Both the position numbers and the translations under genes were made by a program. Below are positions 14,835 through 24,883 of a stretch of DNA of 64,000 nt, in pieces. Every line of letters begins with the position of its first letter. The first letter of the stretch is position 1. The notes beneath the pieces are model-generated. The model made no database searches. It had not been told where the DNA came from and was given only the letters and a program-made list of their open reading frames with translations. The DNA lies in assembly GCA_015059065.1 (NCBI GenBank), contig SVBE01000007.1, positions 759 to 64,758 on the forward strand, given 5' to 3'. The DNA comes from Erysipelotrichaceae bacterium. Its GTDB lineage: Bacteria > Bacillota_I > Bacilli_A > RFN20 > CAG-826.

Positions 14835-15574
14835 TATTTGTTACCTCCATTAGCCTCAGCAGCTTTTAATTTTGCCTCTTGAGCTTTTCTAATCTTTTCT
14901 TTTTTATCCATCGCGAATTTATATTCCGCTTTTCTATTCTTAATAAAGGCAATCACTGCAAGGATAAGAGCAAAGACGATAAAGGCCCCAACAGGAGTTT
15001 GGAATAAAGATATCTCATATCCTTTAGGAATGATTTGTAATTTAACAGCAGGGATAAAGGTAAAGATCGTCCCAAAAGAGAAACCACCTGTACCTAAAAA
15101 TTCTCTAAATATCGCCATTAACATGATCGCTAAGGTATAACCAACACCCATGCCTAAAGCATCGATGAAGGAATCAAAGACATTATTTTTAGATGCATAT
15201 GCTTCTGCTCTACCAAGAACGATACAGTTAACAACGATTAAAGAGATAAATACACCTAATGTGGAATATAGTTCTGGTAAAAAAGCATTGGTGAACATCT
15301 TCACCATTGTGACAAATGTGGCAATGATGACGATATAAGAAGGGGTTCTAATCTCTTCTGGTATTAATTTTCTTAATAAAGAGACTAAGACATTAGAACA
15401 GATTAAAACCACTGTAAATAATAAGCCCATACCAATCGCCGCTTCTAAGGTCTTGGTTGTCGCTAAAGCAGGACAAGTACCTAAGATAGAGACAAACAAA
15501 GGATTCTCAATGAATAAACCCTTGAGGAAATTAGCCTTAGTATAACCTTTTTCTCTTTTGATCTTATCAGTCAT
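14834..15574 (-). CDS. rnfE: Rnf electron transport complex subunit E
   Basis: 246 aa. It carries the ENPLFVSILGTCPALATT and VVNCIVLGRAEA motifs typical of RnfE/NqrD. Confidence 0.9.
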   Translation of the reverse strand: MTDKIKREKGYTKANFLKGLFIENPLFVSILGTCPALATTKTLEAAIGMGLLFTVVLICSNVLVSLLRKLIPEEIRTPSYIVIIATFVTMVKMFTNAFLPELYSTLGVFISLIVVNCIVLGRAEAYASKNNVFDSFIDALGMGVGYTLAIMLMAIFREFLGTGGFSFGTIFTFIPAVKLQIIPKGYEISLFQTPVGAFIVFALILAVIAFIKNRKAEYKFAMDKKEKIRKAQEAKLKAAEANGGNK

Positions 15575-16094
15575 ACATCGTCTCTCCTACTGCTTCTGTC
15601 GCTTCGTTAACCATGTCTCTCACAAGCTTCGCTCCGTATGTCGCTCCACAGCTCACATCGCTTAAATCTCTTTCCCCTGCATTAAGAGGAATGATATAGT
15701 TATCCACTAATGTGGTCGCATATGTCTGTTCATTAGTGACAATGGATAAACCTTTAAAGACTTGGCTACTACCTGTAAAGCCCACCATTAAAGATATTTT
15801 GCCGTACATATTACTACCACTGGTTCTAAAGACTTGGCCAACTAATTCGTCACCCTTTTTCACCTCATAATAATATTGGACATATTTATAAGTATTAGAT
15901 AAAGATTTCTCTTCACTGACAGTGATGTTATCACCATATATCGCAGTGATACCTTGATTGATCTTATTCTTCTCATTTTGGATGATTCTATCTTTAGTGA
16001 TCATATTGGTGAGACCGATGATACCACCTGCGACTGCAGCGATGCATCCTAAAGTGATCGCGGTGATCATATAATGTTTCTTAGTTTTATCCAT
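15567..16094 (-). CDS. rnfG: Rnf electron transport complex subunit G (FMN-binding)
   Basis: The start is moved to the ATG at 16094 (MDKTKK...) because GGAGG (16107-16103) lies 8 nt upstream. The track's TTG at 16109 falls inside that SD. The protein has an N-terminal TM, an FMN_bind-type domain and a C-terminal S-C-G-A-T-Y flavinylation-type motif. Confidence 0.85.
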   Translation of the reverse strand: MDKTKKHYMITAITLGCIAAVAGGIIGLTNMITKDRIIQNEKNKINQGITAIYGDNITVSEEKSLSNTYKYVQYYYEVKKGDELVGQVFRTSGSNMYGKISLMVGFTGSSQVFKGLSIVTNEQTYATTLVDNYIIPLNAGERDLSDVSCGATYGAKLVRDMVNEATEAVGETMYD

Positions 16095-17223
16095 TATAGA
16101 CACCTCCAAAATAGATGCATAAGAAGAGGATTAAAGCAGGTATTACCACTAGACATACCATACCGATAATCTTCTTTCTTGTATACCTCGATGATGACCA
16201 TTCATAATGGTCTAACACGCAGGCTAACATATTGGCGATTAAGATGGAGAAACCCACACCTTCTGGAAGAGCGGCTAAAAATCTAATAAATACTGTGGAT
16301 ATCGCGGCAATCATTCCAAACATCACCCTGGAAGGTGGATTGATTGGAGAAGTGACTGGATCAGTAAGCATAAATACCGCGCCAAAGAGAACACCACCAG
16401 AGAATAAAGAATATAAAGTGAACATCCATGGGTTCACATTGTTGTTCTTGCCATATACGCTTAAACCAACGATTAAAGATAATAAAGTAAACGTTCCTAA
16501 ATAAGAAAGAATGATGCGGTAATCCGCGCTTCTTCTAATTAATAGATAAACCATACCGACTAAGATAGTAATCTTATATACTTCACCAAGCGTACCAGGA
16601 ATTCTTCCTAAGAATAAATCTCCTAAGGAATAATAATCCATATTGCTCACAAAATTATCTAAAGTAGAAGATAAGCCACCTGATAACATTGATGGTCCTG
16701 CTACTGCATCAGGCGCATTATAGAACCAAGTTGGAACATATTTAACATATTGACTACCAAAGCAAAGCTTCGCGAATAACATACCAACCACTGCGGGGTT
16801 AAAGATATTGCTACCAAGTCCACCGAAGACGAGCTTACCAAAGACGATACCCACTAACGCTCCAATGATAACCGCATATATAGGCGCGCCGGCTGGCATC
16901 ACTAAAGTGAATATCGTCGCCGTAATAGAAGCGCTTAATACATTATTTCGATTAAAATGATGATCCTTATATGCATATTTAAACCACTCTTTAAACGTTC
17001 TCTTCTCTCCATCCTTTGGAGGCATATTACGTAAGCCCACATAGATGAATTCAGAAAGAATCATTATAGATAAAGATATCGCATAGAAGATAAGCGTGTT
17101 GATTGGATAGACGACAAAGGAAAAGATTAATGTCGGGAATAATGCAATCAAGACATCAAGCATCATTCTACTAACATCCGCTTTTTTTCTTAGATGTGGG
17201 GAATTCTCTTTTACTATCGTCAT
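16087..17223 (-). CDS. rnfD: Rnf electron transport complex subunit D
   Basis: 378 aa and polytopic. It carries the FMLTDPVTSP flavinylation motif characteristic of RnfD/NqrB. Confidence 0.9.
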   Translation of the reverse strand: MTIVKENSPHLRKKADVSRMMLDVLIALFPTLIFSFVVYPINTLIFYAISLSIMILSEFIYVGLRNMPPKDGEKRTFKEWFKYAYKDHHFNRNNVLSASITATIFTLVMPAGAPIYAVIIGALVGIVFGKLVFGGLGSNIFNPAVVGMLFAKLCFGSQYVKYVPTWFYNAPDAVAGPSMLSGGLSSTLDNFVSNMDYYSLGDLFLGRIPGTLGEVYKITILVGMVYLLIRRSADYRIILSYLGTFTLLSLIVGLSVYGKNNNVNPWMFTLYSLFSGGVLFGAVFMLTDPVTSPINPPSRVMFGMIAAISTVFIRFLAALPEGVGFSILIANMLACVLDHYEWSSSRYTRKKIIGMVCLVVIPALILFLCIYFGGVYNG

Positions 17224-18521
17224 AACTTCGCCATGATCTTCGCTTTCCTGATAAAATCAGTAACATTTATCTTTGAGGTACATGTATAGGAACATAGACC
17301 GCATTCAATACATTTAAGAGGATTGAGCTTCTTCACTCTTTCTTTATCCATCGCTTTCACCGCATTCATAATCTGCACTGGTTCTAGATGGGTTGGACAA
17401 GCTAAAACACATGAACCACATCTGACACATGGTTCTTCATGATATTCAGTCTTATCTAAGACGATGATGGATGTCACAGTTTTCGAGATGATAACATCAT
17501 CATTAGGAACAGAAGCCCCCATCATCGGTCCACCTAAGATGAACACTTTTTCTTTATCTGGATTTTTATATCCGCCACATAATGGAATTAATTCTTTAAT
17601 CGATGTACCCACACGAACTCTGAAGTTCTTTGGATAATTGATGCCATCCCCAGTGATAGTGATATTTCTTTTAATGACTGGCATGTTATATTTAACAGCC
17701 TTATATAGACCAACTATGGTAGAGACATTGAAATTGATAATTCCTCTATTAGATGGGAGTTCACCTTGGTTGAGCTTGATACCAGTGGCATTCTTAATCA
17801 TCTCCACTTCCCAACCTTGTGGATAATAATTGCCCACTAAACAGAGTTCAATACCTGAACCAGCGTATTCTTTTATCACTTGGTCATAGACCATCTTGAT
17901 ATCATGATATTTCTTTTTAATACAAATCTTCGCGTGTTTGCAGTTAAAAGCCTGCATCACATATTTAATGCCGTCCATAATGCGATATGGATATTCAAGC
18001 ATCAATCTATGGTCTGCTGTAATATATGGTTCACATTCGATACCATTGATTAAAATCATATCGATTGGTTTATCCGTTTGTAATTTGATATAGGTTGGGA
18101 AAGAAGAACCACCTAAGCCCACTAAGGCGCAGTCTTTGATAATCTGTGTTATCTCTTCTTTAGATAATGAGGCAATCTCTTCTGGTGTTCTTGTTCTCAC
18201 AGATGGGTCATATGTTTCTTGAAAATCATTTTCAATCTTCATGAAATCGACGAGCTTGCCGTTACGATGATAATGCTTTTCAAGTCCAATATATGTTCCA
18301 GAACAAGGCGCGTGAATAGGTTGGTCAAAGAATGGTCCATGACGCACCCCAATCTTTTGACAGCAATTGACATGTTCACCTTCTTTAATAAGGATATCCG
18401 CGGATGCACATCTTGCATTTGTCACAGGACAAAAAAGATATTTGGGATCCACATATCTAATAGAAGGTAATAAACTAGTCAGATTTTTGCTATCTTCAAT
18501 ATATCTAGTTTTAGATATCAT
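17220..18521 (-). CDS. rnfC: Rnf electron transport complex subunit C
   Basis: 433 aa. It has the GLGGSSFPT nucleotide-binding motif and two 4Fe-4S motifs (CVRCGSCVLACP and CIECGLCSYTC). Confidence 0.9.
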   Translation of the reverse strand: MISKTRYIEDSKNLTSLLPSIRYVDPKYLFCPVTNARCASADILIKEGEHVNCCQKIGVRHGPFFDQPIHAPCSGTYIGLEKHYHRNGKLVDFMKIENDFQETYDPSVRTRTPEEIASLSKEEITQIIKDCALVGLGGSSFPTYIKLQTDKPIDMILINGIECEPYITADHRLMLEYPYRIMDGIKYVMQAFNCKHAKICIKKKYHDIKMVYDQVIKEYAGSGIELCLVGNYYPQGWEVEMIKNATGIKLNQGELPSNRGIINFNVSTIVGLYKAVKYNMPVIKRNITITGDGINYPKNFRVRVGTSIKELIPLCGGYKNPDKEKVFILGGPMMGASVPNDDVIISKTVTSIIVLDKTEYHEEPCVRCGSCVLACPTHLEPVQIMNAVKAMDKERVKKLNPLKCIECGLCSYTCTSKINVTDFIRKAKIMAKL

Positions 18522-18565
18522 ACCTAATTATTGTAGCACAGTTATTTTATAAATAAATAAAAGGG

Positions 18566-19495
18566 TTAAAGAATTATCTTTCGTCTAATATCAAGAGTCT
18601 CTATGTAATATTTCTTTCTTATATCGCTCATCACCTCAATACCCATATAGGAAGAAGGGATGCTATTAATAAAATCCACTATTTCATCAAACTTTTGGTA
18701 GACGAGTTCTTTGACTCTTAAGATTGCATCTTCTAAGTCTTTGTTTTTTATTTTTACAATGTCTTCATTACGGATGGATTTGTCGTTGTCGTCATCATAA
18801 GCAGTAATGCCGTTCAACGCACTGCTTAGAAGTTTGTTTTCGTCACTCAACGTATATGCTAATTGTTCATCGCCTTTTTTGCTATAAAAGCAATTGCCAC
18901 AATCATAGATTGGAGCGAGTCTGTAGGAATTATCTAATTTGTTTTTGATAACTCCCCAGTTGTCTTCGTTACGGTCGTTATTGTTGATTAGCATATCAAT
19001 TAGAACAACATCCCAGAATCTTTGTTTAGCATTAGGTATCTTGCTCAAGATTGTATTGTGATCAAGCTGATAAATAATATCGTTGATGTTGGACGCCGAT
19101 TGAGACATCTCTTCATCGCGATGGCTCATAATATCTGGATTTGTATCATTTCTTAATGCTGTATATGGGATCAATAATTCGTTCTTATCATCTTTGATGA
19201 AATCTTTGCAGGCACAGACCACTTTATATCTTTTCCCATCAAAACAAACACCTAACTTAGTTTCATGAACATCATATCCAAGGATGCGGTAGATGTTGCT
19301 ACCAATATATTCACTGAGTGGAGAGGTTACATATGATAACCCTTTTATGTTATTCATTCCGTTTGTATTTTTTGGGAATTTCAAAAACCAGAAATCACCA
19401 TTATAAATAATTCCCTTCTTCTCACCCGCTCTTCCACCATATTCGAGGTTTCTTGGGCTGAGTTCACAATTTGTAAAATCTATCATTTCAATCAT
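18566..19495 (-). CDS. HipA-family (HipA_C-like) Ser/Thr kinase, short form; putative toxin
   Basis: 309 aa. It has GGRAGEKKGIIYNGDFWFLKFPK (nucleotide-binding Lys region) and VLIDMLINNNDRNEDNWGVI...YRLAPIYDCG, matching the HipA catalytic D-x-x-x-x-N and ...L-(A/S)-P-x-Y-D motifs. An ATGA overlap joins it to the upstream gene. Confidence 0.65.
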   Translation of the reverse strand: MIEMIDFTNCELSPRNLEYGGRAGEKKGIIYNGDFWFLKFPKNTNGMNNIKGLSYVTSPLSEYIGSNIYRILGYDVHETKLGVCFDGKRYKVVCACKDFIKDDKNELLIPYTALRNDTNPDIMSHRDEEMSQSASNINDIIYQLDHNTILSKIPNAKQRFWDVVLIDMLINNNDRNEDNWGVIKNKLDNSYRLAPIYDCGNCFYSKKGDEQLAYTLSDENKLLSSALNGITAYDDDNDKSIRNEDIVKIKNKDLEDAILRVKELVYQKFDEIVDFINSIPSSYMGIEVMSDIRKKYYIETLDIRRKIIL

Positions 19496-19878
19496 ATGCC
19501 GTACCTCTTATTTAATTTCTTCCACTCATTCTCTCTCATTCGATGATGGGCAACTTCTTTTTTTGCTCTAACGTCAATCGCATCTACGATATTGGAAAAT
19601 AGTTCGTAGTCGTTTAGCATATCAGCTTTTTCTGCATCGTTAACAAGGTTTTGAATAACCTTTGGAAGCTCAAAATCTATCTCCACTTCATTATTTATGA
19701 AATGGTAGACTCTATGCTTATATATATCTTCAATAATCAAAGAAGTAATATAAGCATTAACGTTATCAACCTCATTAATCTTTTGCATAAGGAGTTTGTT
19801 GTCTTTCCTTATCCTTATTTTTAAAGTCTTATAATTATCTTTTATGAAGCTATTAATATATTTCTGCTGGTCAAACAT
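19492..19878 (-). CDS. Putative antitoxin/partner of the HipA-like kinase, with an N-terminal ribbon-helix-helix (Arc-like) pattern
   Basis: 128 aa. Residues 17-50, TLKIRIRKDNKLLMQKINEVDNVNAYITSLIIEDI, fit the strand-helix-helix pattern of Arc/CopG RHH repressors. It is translationally coupled (ATGA) to the kinase. The fold assignment is an inference only. Confidence 0.45.
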   Translation of the reverse strand: MFDQQKYINSFIKDNYKTLKIRIRKDNKLLMQKINEVDNVNAYITSLIIEDIYKHRVYHFINNEVEIDFELPKVIQNLVNDAEKADMLNDYELFSNIVDAIDVRAKKEVAHHRMRENEWKKLNKRYGI

Positions 19879-19952
19879 AAAGAGCCTTTCTAACCCAAGA
19901 ATAAGACATTTGGGGGCAAATGTAAATATCGCAAGAGTGCCTCCTGAATTAT

Positions 19953-20756
19953 CTAAAGCAAATCTATAAAATTTAATATGGTTTGTTTAATGTCATTGAT
20001 GTCCTTATCAATCCATCTTGAGGCTGGTTTAGAGGCTTCTTCAATAAAAGTTCTGTTGCCTAACGCAGCTTCAACAGCGTTCCTTAAATCAATTATATTT
20101 TTTGGCTTCTTTTTTGAATTAGTAAAAAACAAATCTAAGATATCAAACACTTTCTTTGGTGATATTTTGCATTCTTCAATTAAAAAATAAAAATCATAGA
20201 TATCTTTATATCTGGTTGAGATTGCCCCTAGACGAGCCAATGAAATCAATTTTTCAGCGAATATTTGTTCTGGTGGATTGGCTTTAATAGAAACACCTTT
20301 GTCATTTGAAGAAAAGCAAAACACCATTTTCTCTTGTTCAATAGCGGTATAAGAATGCACTCCGATATCAAGTTTGATTCTTAAACTATTTTTGTATTTA
20401 TCTTTTATAAGAAGATGAACCCTCACCCCTCGATAATCTTCCTGATGCAAATTTTCAATATTGCCTTCTATCGATATCAAAAGCCCGTCGTTCACTTTAT
20501 TCATGTTGCTTATAAAAGCTTTAATCGATTCTTCTTCAATAGAGTATCTAATTAAATCAAAATCTATATCTTGGGTTACTCTTCTATCGCTTTTAGAGAG
20601 GTTGTATATTACAATACCTCCTTTTAGTGTGACGCGCTCAGCCATCTCTGAAGAGGATATTTTCTTTATAACTATTTCTTCGGCAACTAAATTACGAGCA
20701 TCTTTCAGTTCATATCCGTACGACATTTTCTCTTTGACCAATTCTTTAAGATTCAT
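19953..20756 (-). CDS. abiEii: Nucleotidyltransferase AbiEii/AbiGii toxin family protein (type IV TA / abortive infection)
   Basis: 267 aa. LKGGIVIYNLSKSDRRVTQDIDFDL matches the KGG...R.T.DIDF signature. It lies 2 nt downstream of an AbiEi-like gene. Confidence 0.8.
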   Translation of the reverse strand: MNLKELVKEKMSYGYELKDARNLVAEEIVIKKISSSEMAERVTLKGGIVIYNLSKSDRRVTQDIDFDLIRYSIEEESIKAFISNMNKVNDGLLISIEGNIENLHQEDYRGVRVHLLIKDKYKNSLRIKLDIGVHSYTAIEQEKMVFCFSSNDKGVSIKANPPEQIFAEKLISLARLGAISTRYKDIYDFYFLIEECKISPKKVFDILDLFFTNSKKKPKNIIDLRNAVEAALGNRTFIEEASKPASRWIDKDINDIKQTILNFIDLL

Positions 20757-20758
20757 TT

Positions 20759-21301
20759 TTAGATCGCCTCCTTTATCTTTTTCTGTAATGACTCGCCGTT
20801 CTTAAATTTTTCTAGATATTTATTAATCTTATAAAAATCCAATTTATCCTTAATTTTTCTAAAAGAATTAATCACTTCATAATATAGTTCAGGAGGATAT
20901 TTTTCTCTTAGTCTTATTAACTCGATCAACATTCTTTCTAAATCATAAATTGCAATATAACTATTTCCATACCTCATTTTCTTTTTCCCAACAGAAAAGA
21001 AGGAAGAATCTTGGTAAGACTGTACAACATCATTTCTCCTAATTGGGAAACTGTGCTGCTCTGACACTAAATGAAACTTATTTGGAATAATGTCAGTTAG
21101 TCCATAAATATAAAAAGCTGATAAACCAGTTAAGATTGTTTGTGGATATTTTTTACAGATATATTCTTCGTCTATAAATGGCTCCGGATCACTGCTATAT
21201 AATCCATGTTCAAGGCAAAAAAGGTCTCCTTTAGAAATTTTATTTCTAATAGAGTACTGTGTCTCCCCATTCTTAAACAATTCTTTAGCGCTATATATCA
21301 T
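20759..21301 (-). CDS. abiEi: AbiEi antitoxin-domain protein (type IV TA system)
   Basis: 180 aa. The N-terminal ...IRNKISKGDLFCLEHGLYS matches the winged-helix AbiEi_4 pattern (l.rLv.~G.l.rl.rGlY). It is paired with AbiEii. Confidence 0.7.
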   Translation of the reverse strand: MIYSAKELFKNGETQYSIRNKISKGDLFCLEHGLYSSDPEPFIDEEYICKKYPQTILTGLSAFYIYGLTDIIPNKFHLVSEQHSFPIRRNDVVQSYQDSSFFSVGKKKMRYGNSYIAIYDLERMLIELIRLREKYPPELYYEVINSFRKIKDKLDFYKINKYLEKFKNGESLQKKIKEAI

Positions 21302-21406
21302 ATTAATAATTTATATTTTTCTAGGTCTTTTGTCAATAAATACCTAGTTTTATATAAATATTTATGTATATTGTCTTTTTTAGAATATAAATATATCTTT
21401 AGATAT

Positions 21407-21430
21407 AAAAAAAGCGCCGCAGCGCTTTTT
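21407..21430. terminator. Rho-independent terminator downstream of cysK (bidirectional shape)
   Basis: The sequence is AAAAAAAGCGC-cgca-GCGCTTTTT, with A- and T-runs on either side. It lies 21 nt after the cysK stop. Confidence 0.5.
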
Positions 21431-21450
21431 CTCTAAATTTTTTTCTATCA

Positions 21451-22380
21451 CTATTCCTGGAACATTGGAGTGGACAAATATCTTTCACCAGTGTCTGGCA
21501 AGATTACCACAATTGTTTTGCCAGCATTTTCTTCTCTTTGCGCTAATTTGATAGCCGCTTTAATAGCAGCGCCGCTAGAAATACCAACTAACAATCCTTC
21601 TGTTCTTGCGGATTCTTTGCCCATTTCCATCGCTTCTTCATTACCGATTGTGATAATTTCATCGTAGATGGATGTATCTAGTGTTTGAGGAACAAATCCC
21701 GCACCGATACCTTGAATCTTATGTGGACCTGGTGTGCCTTTAGATAAAACTGGGGAAGTTTCTGGTTCAACTGCCACTACTTTAATGCTTGGTTTGTTTT
21801 CTTTTAAATATTTACCCGTACCCGATAAAGTACCGCCTGTACCTACGCCTGCTACTAGGTAGTCAATATTACCATCTAAATCTTTGAAAATTTCTGGACC
21901 AGTTGTTAAATAGTGGATATTTGGGTTAGCCATATTGGTGAACTGTGAAGGAATAAAGGAATTAGGAATTTCTTTAGCGAGTTCTTCCGCTTTTGCAATT
22001 GCGCCTTTCATGCCTTTACTACCATCAGTTAAAACGAGTTCGGCCCCATATGCTTTCATCAAGTTTCTTCTTTCTATCGACATCGTCTCTGGCATGCAGA
22101 TGATAATTCTCATCCCTTTAGAGGCTACCACCATAGCTAAACCAATACCAGTGTTGCCACTTGTTGGTTCAATTAAAACTGTATCTTTATTGATTAAGCC
22201 TTCTTTTTCCGCTTTTTCAATCATGGCTTTAGCAATACGGTCTTTCACGCTTCCACCTGGATTAAAATATTCAACTTTAGCAATAATTCTTGCTTTTAAA
22301 TCATATTTATTCTCAATGTTCTTGAGTTCAACGAGAGGAGTGCCTCCAATCGTATCAATAATTCTTTCATATACTTTCAT
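21451..22380 (-). CDS. cysK: Cysteine synthase A (O-acetylserine sulfhydrylase)
   Basis: 309 aa. It has GGSVKDR (PLP lysine), [10 protein letters not shown] and GTGGT motifs, and is collinear with CysK over its full length. Confidence 0.95.
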   Translation of the reverse strand: MKVYERIIDTIGGTPLVELKNIENKYDLKARIIAKVEYFNPGGSVKDRIAKAMIEKAEKEGLINKDTVLIEPTSGNTGIGLAMVVASKGMRIIICMPETMSIERRNLMKAYGAELVLTDGSKGMKGAIAKAEELAKEIPNSFIPSQFTNMANPNIHYLTTGPEIFKDLDGNIDYLVAGVGTGGTLSGTGKYLKENKPSIKVVAVEPETSPVLSKGTPGPHKIQGIGAGFVPQTLDTSIYDEIITIGNEEAMEMGKESARTEGLLVGISSGAAIKAAIKLAQREENAGKTIVVILPDTGERYLSTPMFQE

Positions 22381-22438
22381 ATTAGTTGCCTCTATATTTT
22401 GATTATAATCAATAAGATGATAAGAGAAAGCGATTTGA

Positions 22439-23008
22439 CTATTTTTTTATCATTATTAATTTGTAATAATTGTCGCTTTCAGTGAGTTCGATAGGTTTGA
22501 AATATTTAAGGAAGGGAATCATCTCTTCTTCTGGTGTCTTTAATCTACGCGATATCCCCATCGCCTGTTGCTTATGATGCGCGTTTAATTTATTTCTACC
22601 AATATCATGTGCGATCACTAATAAGCCATCATCTTTTAATAATTGGTCGGTCTTCTCTACAAATCCTTCAACATCAAGAAAATGAGGGAAAGCATCAAAG
22701 CACACGATTGCATCAAATGGTTCCACGTTAAATTCGTAATAATCCTGATTGATAAAAGTAACACGTGGATCATTTACTTTTTCTTTAGCAAGTCTAATCA
22801 TCTCGCTAGATAAATCTAAAGCGATCACTTCTCCGTTATTTCTATCCGCGAGCTTTTTCGAGATGATGCCTTTACCACATGCAAGGTCAAGAATTCTCTT
22901 ACATGTAGAAAAGTACATAGAATCTAATAACTCGTCGATTAAAGAAGTGTCATCATGGACATAATTAATCGCGATTTCATCAAAGAATTGTTTTACGTTT
23001 TCGTTCAT
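22439..23008 (-). CDS. Class I SAM-dependent methyltransferase
   Basis: 189 aa. It has motif [10 protein letters not shown] and a post-I acidic residue (ALDLS). Its start overlaps the stop of the SBP gene by 1 nt. Confidence 0.8.
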   Translation of the reverse strand: MNENVKQFFDEIAINYVHDDTSLIDELLDSMYFSTCKRILDLACGKGIISKKLADRNNGEVIALDLSSEMIRLAKEKVNDPRVTFINQDYYEFNVEPFDAIVCFDAFPHFLDVEGFVEKTDQLLKDDGLLVIAHDIGRNKLNAHHKQQAMGISRRLKTPEEEMIPFLKYFKPIELTESDNYYKLIMIKK

Positions 23009-24141
23009 TATTCGTTTACGATACTTTTAAGATCAACTTTCTTATAGCCACCCATCCCATATTGATGCGCTTTGATATCATTATACATTTCTGCACCTAA
23101 GAGTTTGTCAGTTATTTCATTCATCTTCTCATCTAAATTCACCTCGAAAGAAGAATGAGCAACAGAAGCTACATAATAAGTGGACATAAGTTGAATTTCT
23201 AAATTTGAATAATAAGCATTATATGGCATTAGTTGATAAGTCTCACCAGTCGTGAACGCTTTTAAAGCATCATATTTAGCTTGATTACCTTCTTTTTTGT
23301 AATCAGCGATGAAGCCGTTGATACCCGCTGTATCCATGAAGATGTGGTCTGGATTAGCGGCTTGTAATTTTTCCATATCTAATGTTACTTGACCTTTAGA
23401 GATGACCTTACCGTCTTTATCTTTGAATTCCATATCGTCGATCGCGGATTTCACTTTCGCATATTTAAACACTGGGAAGCCGAGGAAAGAACCATACATG
23501 CTAGTTTGACCCCAGTTACCAATGCCACCAGCATAATAAGTATCCGCAGTTAAAGTTAAATCTTTGAAATCATCTGCACAATCTTCAATATAGCTGGTGA
23601 GTTGATGCGCTCTTTCATTTTTATCAAATAACAAACCTAAAGCGAGGAAGGAATTCATTGTCACTGTATCAAAGACACCATCTGGTCCTTGTTTTAAACC
23701 AAAGACTGGAACATTGATCGTCTTTTGTAATTCATCATTCGCGTCCGCAGATAAGAAAGAGACGACGACATCTGGTTTAGCCGCGGCTATTTTCTCCGCA
23801 TCCGCTACCTGAGCCATTGGGCCACCCTTACCGATAATTGGTAAGTTCTTAAATGTTTCATATCCTGCCATATAGTACGGTCTAAGAGCTTGACCAACAC
23901 CGAATGTTGTCCCACTATCAATCTCTTCCACACCGACGAGTTTATTTAAATCGCCGATATACGAATAATAACGAAGAGCGCCCGCGCCGATACAAACTAC
24001 ACGGTTAGTCTTACCTTTGACGATTTCGACATTTCTGCCTTGTCCATCAAGAATAACCACTCTTTCTGGTTCTGGATTGTTGCTACCACATCCCACTAAG
24101 AATGGGATTAATAGCACTGTTAATAAAGATTTACTTTTCAT
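23008..24141 (-). CDS. ABC transporter substrate-binding lipoprotein (Peripla_BP_2, iron-siderophore/heme/cobalamin type)
   Basis: 377 aa with lipobox FLVGC-GS. It sits in an operon with a FecCD-type permease and a FepC-type ATPase. Confidence 0.8.
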   Translation of the reverse strand: MKSKSLLTVLLIPFLVGCGSNNPEPERVVILDGQGRNVEIVKGKTNRVVCIGAGALRYYSYIGDLNKLVGVEEIDSGTTFGVGQALRPYYMAGYETFKNLPIIGKGGPMAQVADAEKIAAAKPDVVVSFLSADANDELQKTINVPVFGLKQGPDGVFDTVTMNSFLALGLLFDKNERAHQLTSYIEDCADDFKDLTLTADTYYAGGIGNWGQTSMYGSFLGFPVFKYAKVKSAIDDMEFKDKDGKVISKGQVTLDMEKLQAANPDHIFMDTAGINGFIADYKKEGNQAKYDALKAFTTGETYQLMPYNAYYSNLEIQLMSTYYVASVAHSSFEVNLDEKMNEITDKLLGAEMYNDIKAHQYGMGGYKKVDLKSIVNE

Positions 24142-24883
24142 ATGTTATAAACTCTCCTTTTTCTGTTTTGTTTATATGTGATTTGACGTTATAAACTTCG
24201 TCAATAATCGCTTCTTTTATTTCATTTTTATTGCAAATCGCGAATATTTTGCCGTTTTTCATGAATATAAATCGATCCCCGATTTCTAAAGCTTGATTGA
24301 TATCATGCATAGATACTAAGAAGCTCTTGTTATTCTTCTTTTCTTTCTTGATGATATCGAGTACTCTCAGCTGCGCGTTGATATCAAGGTTATTAGTCGG
24401 TTCATCAAATATCAATAATTTGCTCTGTTGAATTAAGCCTCTCACCAGAGATACAATCTGTCTTTCTCCACCAGATATTTGATTAGTTTGTTTATCTCTT
24501 AACTCCTCTAATCCAAACTGTGATAAATATTCATTCGTGAGTTTGATATCTTCTCTTGTTGGATAGATTTTGTAATATGGTAATCGTCCAAGTAACACCG
24601 TATCATAAACTGTTAAATCATTACCCGCGATGAGTTGAGGAACATAAGAGATATAACTCGCTTTCTCTTTGGCTTTTAACTCTTTAACATCGATATCGTT
24701 ATAGCTGATATAACCTGCCTTTGGTTTGTTGTTACCAAGGAGCAAAGATAATAAGGTTGTCTTGCCGACTCCATTAGGGCCAAGAAGGATGACACACTCC
24801 CCTTCTTTAACATCAAAAGTGACATCATCTAAAACGAGTTTGTTTTTAAGATAGTAGAAAGAGACATTATTAACTTTAAGCAT
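24131..24883 (-). CDS. ABC transporter ATP-binding protein (iron-complex/B12 import type)
   Basis: 250 aa. It has Walker A GPNGVGKTT, signature ISGGERQ and Walker B LLIFDEPTNNLD. Confidence 0.9.
   Translation of the reverse strand: MLKVNNVSFYYLKNKLVLDDVTFDVKEGECVILLGPNGVGKTTLLSLLLGNNKPKAGYISYNDIDVKELKAKEKASYISYVPQLIAGNDLTVYDTVLLGRLPYYKIYPTREDIKLTNEYLSQFGLEELRDKQTNQISGGERQIVSLVRGLIQQSKLLIFDEPTNNLDINAQLRVLDIIKKEKKNNKSFLVSMHDINQALEIGDRFIFMKNGKIFAICNKNEIKEAIIDEVYNVKSHINKTEKGEFITYEK

Noticed and set aside
21935-22402. A 155-aa plus-strand ORF antisense to cysK. Similar antisense ORFs occur in the FecCD permease gene (25390-25770), the HTH-membrane gene (27272-27646) and the AbiE genes (20461-20805).
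   Set aside because: All lie inside genes with strong family signatures on the opposite strand. They are typical shadow frames.
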